Positions 35,001 to 39,134 of a DNA stretch of 39,134 bases are shown in pieces (the first letter of the stretch is position 1; every line of letters begins with the position of its first letter). The DNA comes from Mustelus asterias. Taxonomy: Eukaryota. The notes below the pieces were generated by a model. It was given only the letters and a program-made list of their open reading frames with translations. It had not been told where the DNA came from and did not search any database. Position numbers and translations under genes: made by a program. Location of the stretch: the NCBI RefSeq assembly GCF_964213995.1, contig NC_135826.1, positions 35,426,867-35,466,000 on the forward strand. Reading direction: 5' to 3'.

Positions 35001-35569
35001 AGTCAAATGTGGTGGAGCTGTATGTTAGTTTATCTTGCAAGCCAGATTATTCAGTGTCGAAGAATAGAAAAATGTGATAGAATCCCTTGTTTAAGGTGTT
35101 GCTTTTAGAATAGGTTACTGTATTTGAACTTCTTGCCTTCAGTGTTTGAACATTTCTTTCTGATCGAAGATAAGTTACGCAAAATGGTACAGTCAGGTTG
35201 GGATCCTTAAACTGTGATGTCCCCACAATTTTACTGCTTTTTATTGTTTGCTGAAATATGACCATTTCTGTGGTGCAGTGTATATTGGTGTATAACCGAT
35301 GCTTGGAAAGTATGTCTGCGTTCACTTGAGCCTTGCAGCAGACAGAATTATGTTTGTTAAATCTAAATCCTTGTCCTCAAATGTTTTGATACACAAGACA
35401 GTTATACTTCTTGGGATCATAGAATCAAACAAATTAAAACACAATAGGAGCCGTTACACAAGTGCTGTAGCCAGGTGTTCAACTGGAGCTGTTTATTCTC
35501 ATTATATTTCCCTTTCCTTACAAATACGCATCATCTTTTTAAAATGGTGATGTAATCATTTTCTTGAAA

Positions 35570-35870
35570 GAAGGACTTGCATTTGTATAGCACCTTTCAT
35601 GACCTCAGGACGCCCCAAACTTTTACAACTAGTGATGTACTTTTGAAGTGTAGTCACTGTTATAATGTAGGAAATGCAGCAGCCAATTTGAACATAAGCA
35701 TGAGATAATGACCACAAACAACAATGTGATATAGACCAAATAACCTTTTTAAAGCGTTGTTGGCAAGGGATGAATATTGGCCAGGACAGATACGAGAGCT
35801 CCTGCTCTCTGAGATAGATAGAAGAGCCTTTACATTCACCTTTTTACAGGGGGCGCATTGCTTGTGTTCT
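35570..35870 (-). mobile_element. Deu-domain SINE fragment
   Basis: cttgcatttgtatagcacctttcatgacc...tacttttgaagtgtagtcactgttataatgtaggaaatgcagcagccaattt; parallels 20150-20780. Confidence 0.8.
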
Positions 35871-35901
35871 CCCAGCATTACAAAAGTCTGTTTCAAACAA
35901 G

Positions 35902-36480
35902 TGGGCTTTAAATAAAAGCCCCCTCCCCATTAGCAGTAACGCTCAGGGGGTGGCCTAAATGAGTAGAGAGTGAGACTTTGTCGCACCCTCGAGACTTGAC
36001 TGGCAACTTCAGTAGTTGAGTCGTGCCAGAACTTAGTGTAGACCGTAAGCAGGCCCCAGGAAGAACAATAGATCCCCGAAGGAAGGTCCTAGGTTTTTAG
36101 GGTGGGAAGGGACCGGGTACCCTAGGGATAGACAGGGGGTGGGGGATGGGTTTTGAAGGCCAGGTGGAGAGGCACAGGAAGGGCGTAAGATCTTGGTTTG
36201 CTTTTGGGAGAACACATAGTTCTAAGTCCCTCCCATCTGGCCACATCAACGTATTATGGCACGGGTAGTGCATAATATGGGTCAGCTAGCTTGTTAATAA
36301 GCTCAATTGCCCTTTAATTACTTAAAAAAAATAATGGGTGGGTTGCCAGTTTTTGGCACCCGTTCGCCCAGTGGTCAGAGGTGGGTGGGAAGGCAGTGGA
36401 CTGGCCATCCGTCGTATTTTACACACCCCACCCCCTGCCAAAAACACACTTAGTGGGAGTTGCCATAAAATCCAGTCCCA
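35902..36480. mobile_element. GC-rich MITE-like insertion (tentative)
   Basis: Abrupt GC-rich block ending in taaaatccagtccc. The left terminal repeat is poorly conserved. Confidence 0.35.
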
Positions 36481-36719
36481 GATCTCTCAATTCCCTTCAT
36501 GCTGTTCAGTTGCTTTGTCCAACATTAACAACAGCATGCATTTATAAAACATTTTCACCCCATAGAAAAATTCCCAAAGATGCTTCAAAGTGGCTTAAGG
36601 AAAAGATGAACAAAGAACCAAAGAAGGAAGTATTAAAAGGAGTCACCAAAAGGAGGTGACCAAAAGTTTTAAGGCAGGCCTTCTTGAACACGGGATCTAG
36701 GCAGCTGAATGCATTGCTA

Positions 36720-37505
36720 TCCTCTCCTTACTTGTCTCCAGTTATCCCCCTTGCATTAAATTTTTACTTGACTGAAAGACTCACTGCAATTATTATCCTG
36801 ATCTACACTACATCCTGCTCAAGAATCAATTGTTGCTGATCTTCTTTGGCTCTCTACTCACTAATGAATTTAACTGAAAACCTTGCACTCTCATATAAAT
36901 CCTTTCAAAGGTTTGTACCCCCTCTGAAATTTCCTCCTATTCCTCTAGCTCCTTCCTTATATGTATCCTCCTATCCCTTCACCTCGCCTTTGGTGACAGC
37001 GCCTTTAGCTGCCTTGGCCTGACTCTTAGGAACTTACTTCCTAAACCTTTGCACCTCTGGGTGGCAAAATGGTTAGCACTGCTGCCTCATAGTGCCAGGG
37101 ACCTGGATTCAAATCCAGCCTCGAGTGACTATCTGTGTGGAGTTTGCACATTCTCTCCATGTCTGCATGAGTTTCCTCTGGGTGCTCCGGTTTCCTCCCA
37201 CAGTCCAAAGATGTGCAGGTTAGGTGGATTGGCCATGCTTAGTTGCCCCTTAGTGTCAGGGGGATTAGCAGGCTAAATAGGTGGGATAGCAGCTGGGTGG
37301 GATTGTTGTTGGTGCAGACTCGATGGGCTGAATGGCCGCCTCCTGCACTTTAGGGATTCTATGTTACATTTTAGAAAAGCTCCTCAAATCCCAATTGTTT
37401 GACTTGGCTTTTAACTACTCCTAATTTCTTCTCTCTTGGCTTGGTTTAATTTATGATGTTGTTCAGCGTGAGTTTTTTTTTGTGTTAAGGTGCGATATAA
37501 AAGTC
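36720..37505 (+). mobile_element. L2 3' fragment interrupted by an HE1 SINE
   Basis: ggtgacagcgcctttagctgccttggcc...ggaacttacttcc (GxRAFS..WNxLP-like) and tail taaggtgcgatataaaagt. Confidence 0.65.
37059..37363 (+). mobile_element. HE1-type V-SINE, near full length
   Basis: Head gtggcaaaatggttagcactgctgcctca, V domain and CR1-type tail ggtgcagactcgatgggctgaatggcc...gattctatg. Confidence 0.9.
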
Positions 37506-37959
37506 TTCATTGCTTCAATAGATGAAAGTAGAGGATACACTTAGAGTGTAGCTGTGAATCAGTGGAATTGGGGAGTGGTGAAAAGAGAAGAATGACCTGA
37601 CTGAAAGTGTAGAAGCCGCTGCACACCTTGAATACTTTGTTGGTTGTAAGTCTGATTTGAGAAGAGATTGGAAAAAATTGGGTTGTACGGCATTGAAAGG
37701 AAGCGTCTTGAGAGTTGGTCTTAAACAAGTATATAAGACAATAAACAGCGTGGAAAAGCTAACTTTAGTACAGTTACTTTAAATGAGGTTGTGGGAGTAG
37801 GAAGGTGACACTAATTGAAACTAATGAGAGTCGTATTTAGGACTGATATTGGGCAGTTCTTCATTTAGATTATTCAGCGCATGGAATGTCGGCTGCTGTC
37901 CCTCTATTCCAGGATGATGTCTATTCAGGGCTGCGAGTTTATTCTTTGGGCCTTCATGT

Positions 37960-39134
37960 TACTGTACAGACTGATTCTCAACCCTCTGATCTTTAGGCAC
38001 AGGGGCAGGATGTCCCGTGAGGTAGTGGGATCTGGAGTGCAGGCTTTGCTTCCTTTTCTTCATACCGTCACTGCCTACCATTATGACATTGTGACTCACA
38101 GCATGATACAGCTTGATTGACAAGTTGTTGACATTTTGAACGATTGGTAGCAAGCCCCTACCAGTCACTAATGTCAACATTGCTATACTTCAAGGAGAGC
38201 TTCAGAGTGTCTTCCTGGAATATTGGCCATTTAAGATTTGAGGAAACAGAATCTGGCTGGGGAAATGCTTATCAGCCATCTGGACGCAGTGTCCAGACAA
38301 CCAAGATTGATTTTGCAGGAGTTTTATCTGAATGGTTGTGGAGCTGGCTTCAACGACACTAGTGTTTGTTGGATTGTCTTCCTACTGATGCAGCAGAGAT
38401 ATTGTGGTGGAATTTCTCTCACGCTCTTAGGTGTCACTGATGCATTGTCTAGGTCTCAATGCATTACAGGAGTGTGGTAACGCCAACTGTTCTGTACACT
38501 AGGACTTTTGTTGACTTGTGGAGGTTTTTGTTGATTTGTGGAGGTTTTTGTTGATATTGCTGTGGTTTATAAAAGGCTGAGCAGGTGCAGTTGATCTGGA
38601 GTTTGATCTTTTGAGAGAGATGGCTGCCAAGGTATGGAATGTGCTCATCGTACTGCAGAGTATCTCCTTTAACATATATGGGAGATGGAATATTTCACTG
38701 ACCAGGTGTGGATTGATATAGGGATTTTGTTTTGGCAACATTCCAGCACAGGCCAAGTTTCTTGTATGTAGAATTGACAAGATTGAGAGTAGCTTGCAGA
38801 GTGGGCAACAACACTTCATTTTCCTCAAACTGTAGATCATAAATGCCTGGAAGGATTTCCTCAGGCACAGAAAGTAGGTGACGATTCAGGAGAATATGTG
38901 CAAGGATTTTCCCTGCTATGGATAAGAGGGAAATATATCAATAGTTTCCACAGCACAATTTATCTTCCTCCTTGTAGATAGATAGTTGTCACAATCGTCA
39001 TGTCCCTGTACTTGGGATGAGTTCTTTGTTCTCCCCAAATCTGTAGGATAAGTGCACAGAGTCTTGATGTGAGCAAAAGCCCACTAGCTTTGAAAACTTC
39101 AGCTGGAATACCATTGCGACTGCAGATTTGTGGC
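37960..39134 (-). mobile_element. RTE-clade LINE RT fragment, decayed and internally deleted
   Basis: Minus-strand ISLLSIAGKILAHILLNR...EEILP (about 38935-38850), LQATLNL...YKKLGL..NVAKTK and a degenerate GHCVxMAD..P.QILF segment. Confidence 0.8.
38506..38554 (+). repeat. 20-bp tandem repeat, about 2.5 copies
   Basis: ttttgttgacttgtggaggt / ttttgttgatttgtggaggt / ttttgttga. Confidence 0.85.

Noticed and set aside
33540-39134. Further RANBP3 exons (FRLKPPTLIHGQAP, FxFG repeats, Ran-binding domain)
   Set aside because: Not found by eye; presumed to lie beyond the window.

Overview
This is eukaryotic DNA, most likely from a shark or other elasmobranch, judging by HE1-type V-SINEs, Deu-domain SINEs and abundant CR1 LINEs. 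The window holds the CpG-island promoter and first four recognisable coding exons of RANBP3 on the + strand: 3755-3776, 9827-9885, 32410-32446 and 33450-33539. The gene continues beyond the window. The spliced product is MADLANEEKPAIAPPVFVFQKNEKGQKRPVDASSPEDAEDSDRDDGNYPPPVKRERSSSFTQVFPPSQP. The rest is intron or upstream DNA filled with decayed CR1, L2, RTE and Penelope-like retroelements, several SINE families and MITE-like elements, often nested. Nearly all ORFs in the supplied track are spurious or transposon fragments. I see no convincing new multi-gene system. The best leads are: a frame-preserving 45-nt candidate cassette exon (26748-26792); a promoter built from a tandem array of NRF1/Sp1 modules; two intronic inverted duplications of apparently non-repetitive sequence; a 230-bp direct duplication; and small Penelope-like insertions with hairpins and target-site duplications (TSDs). 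Repeat family names and orthologue comparisons are from memory, and repeat boundaries are approximate.
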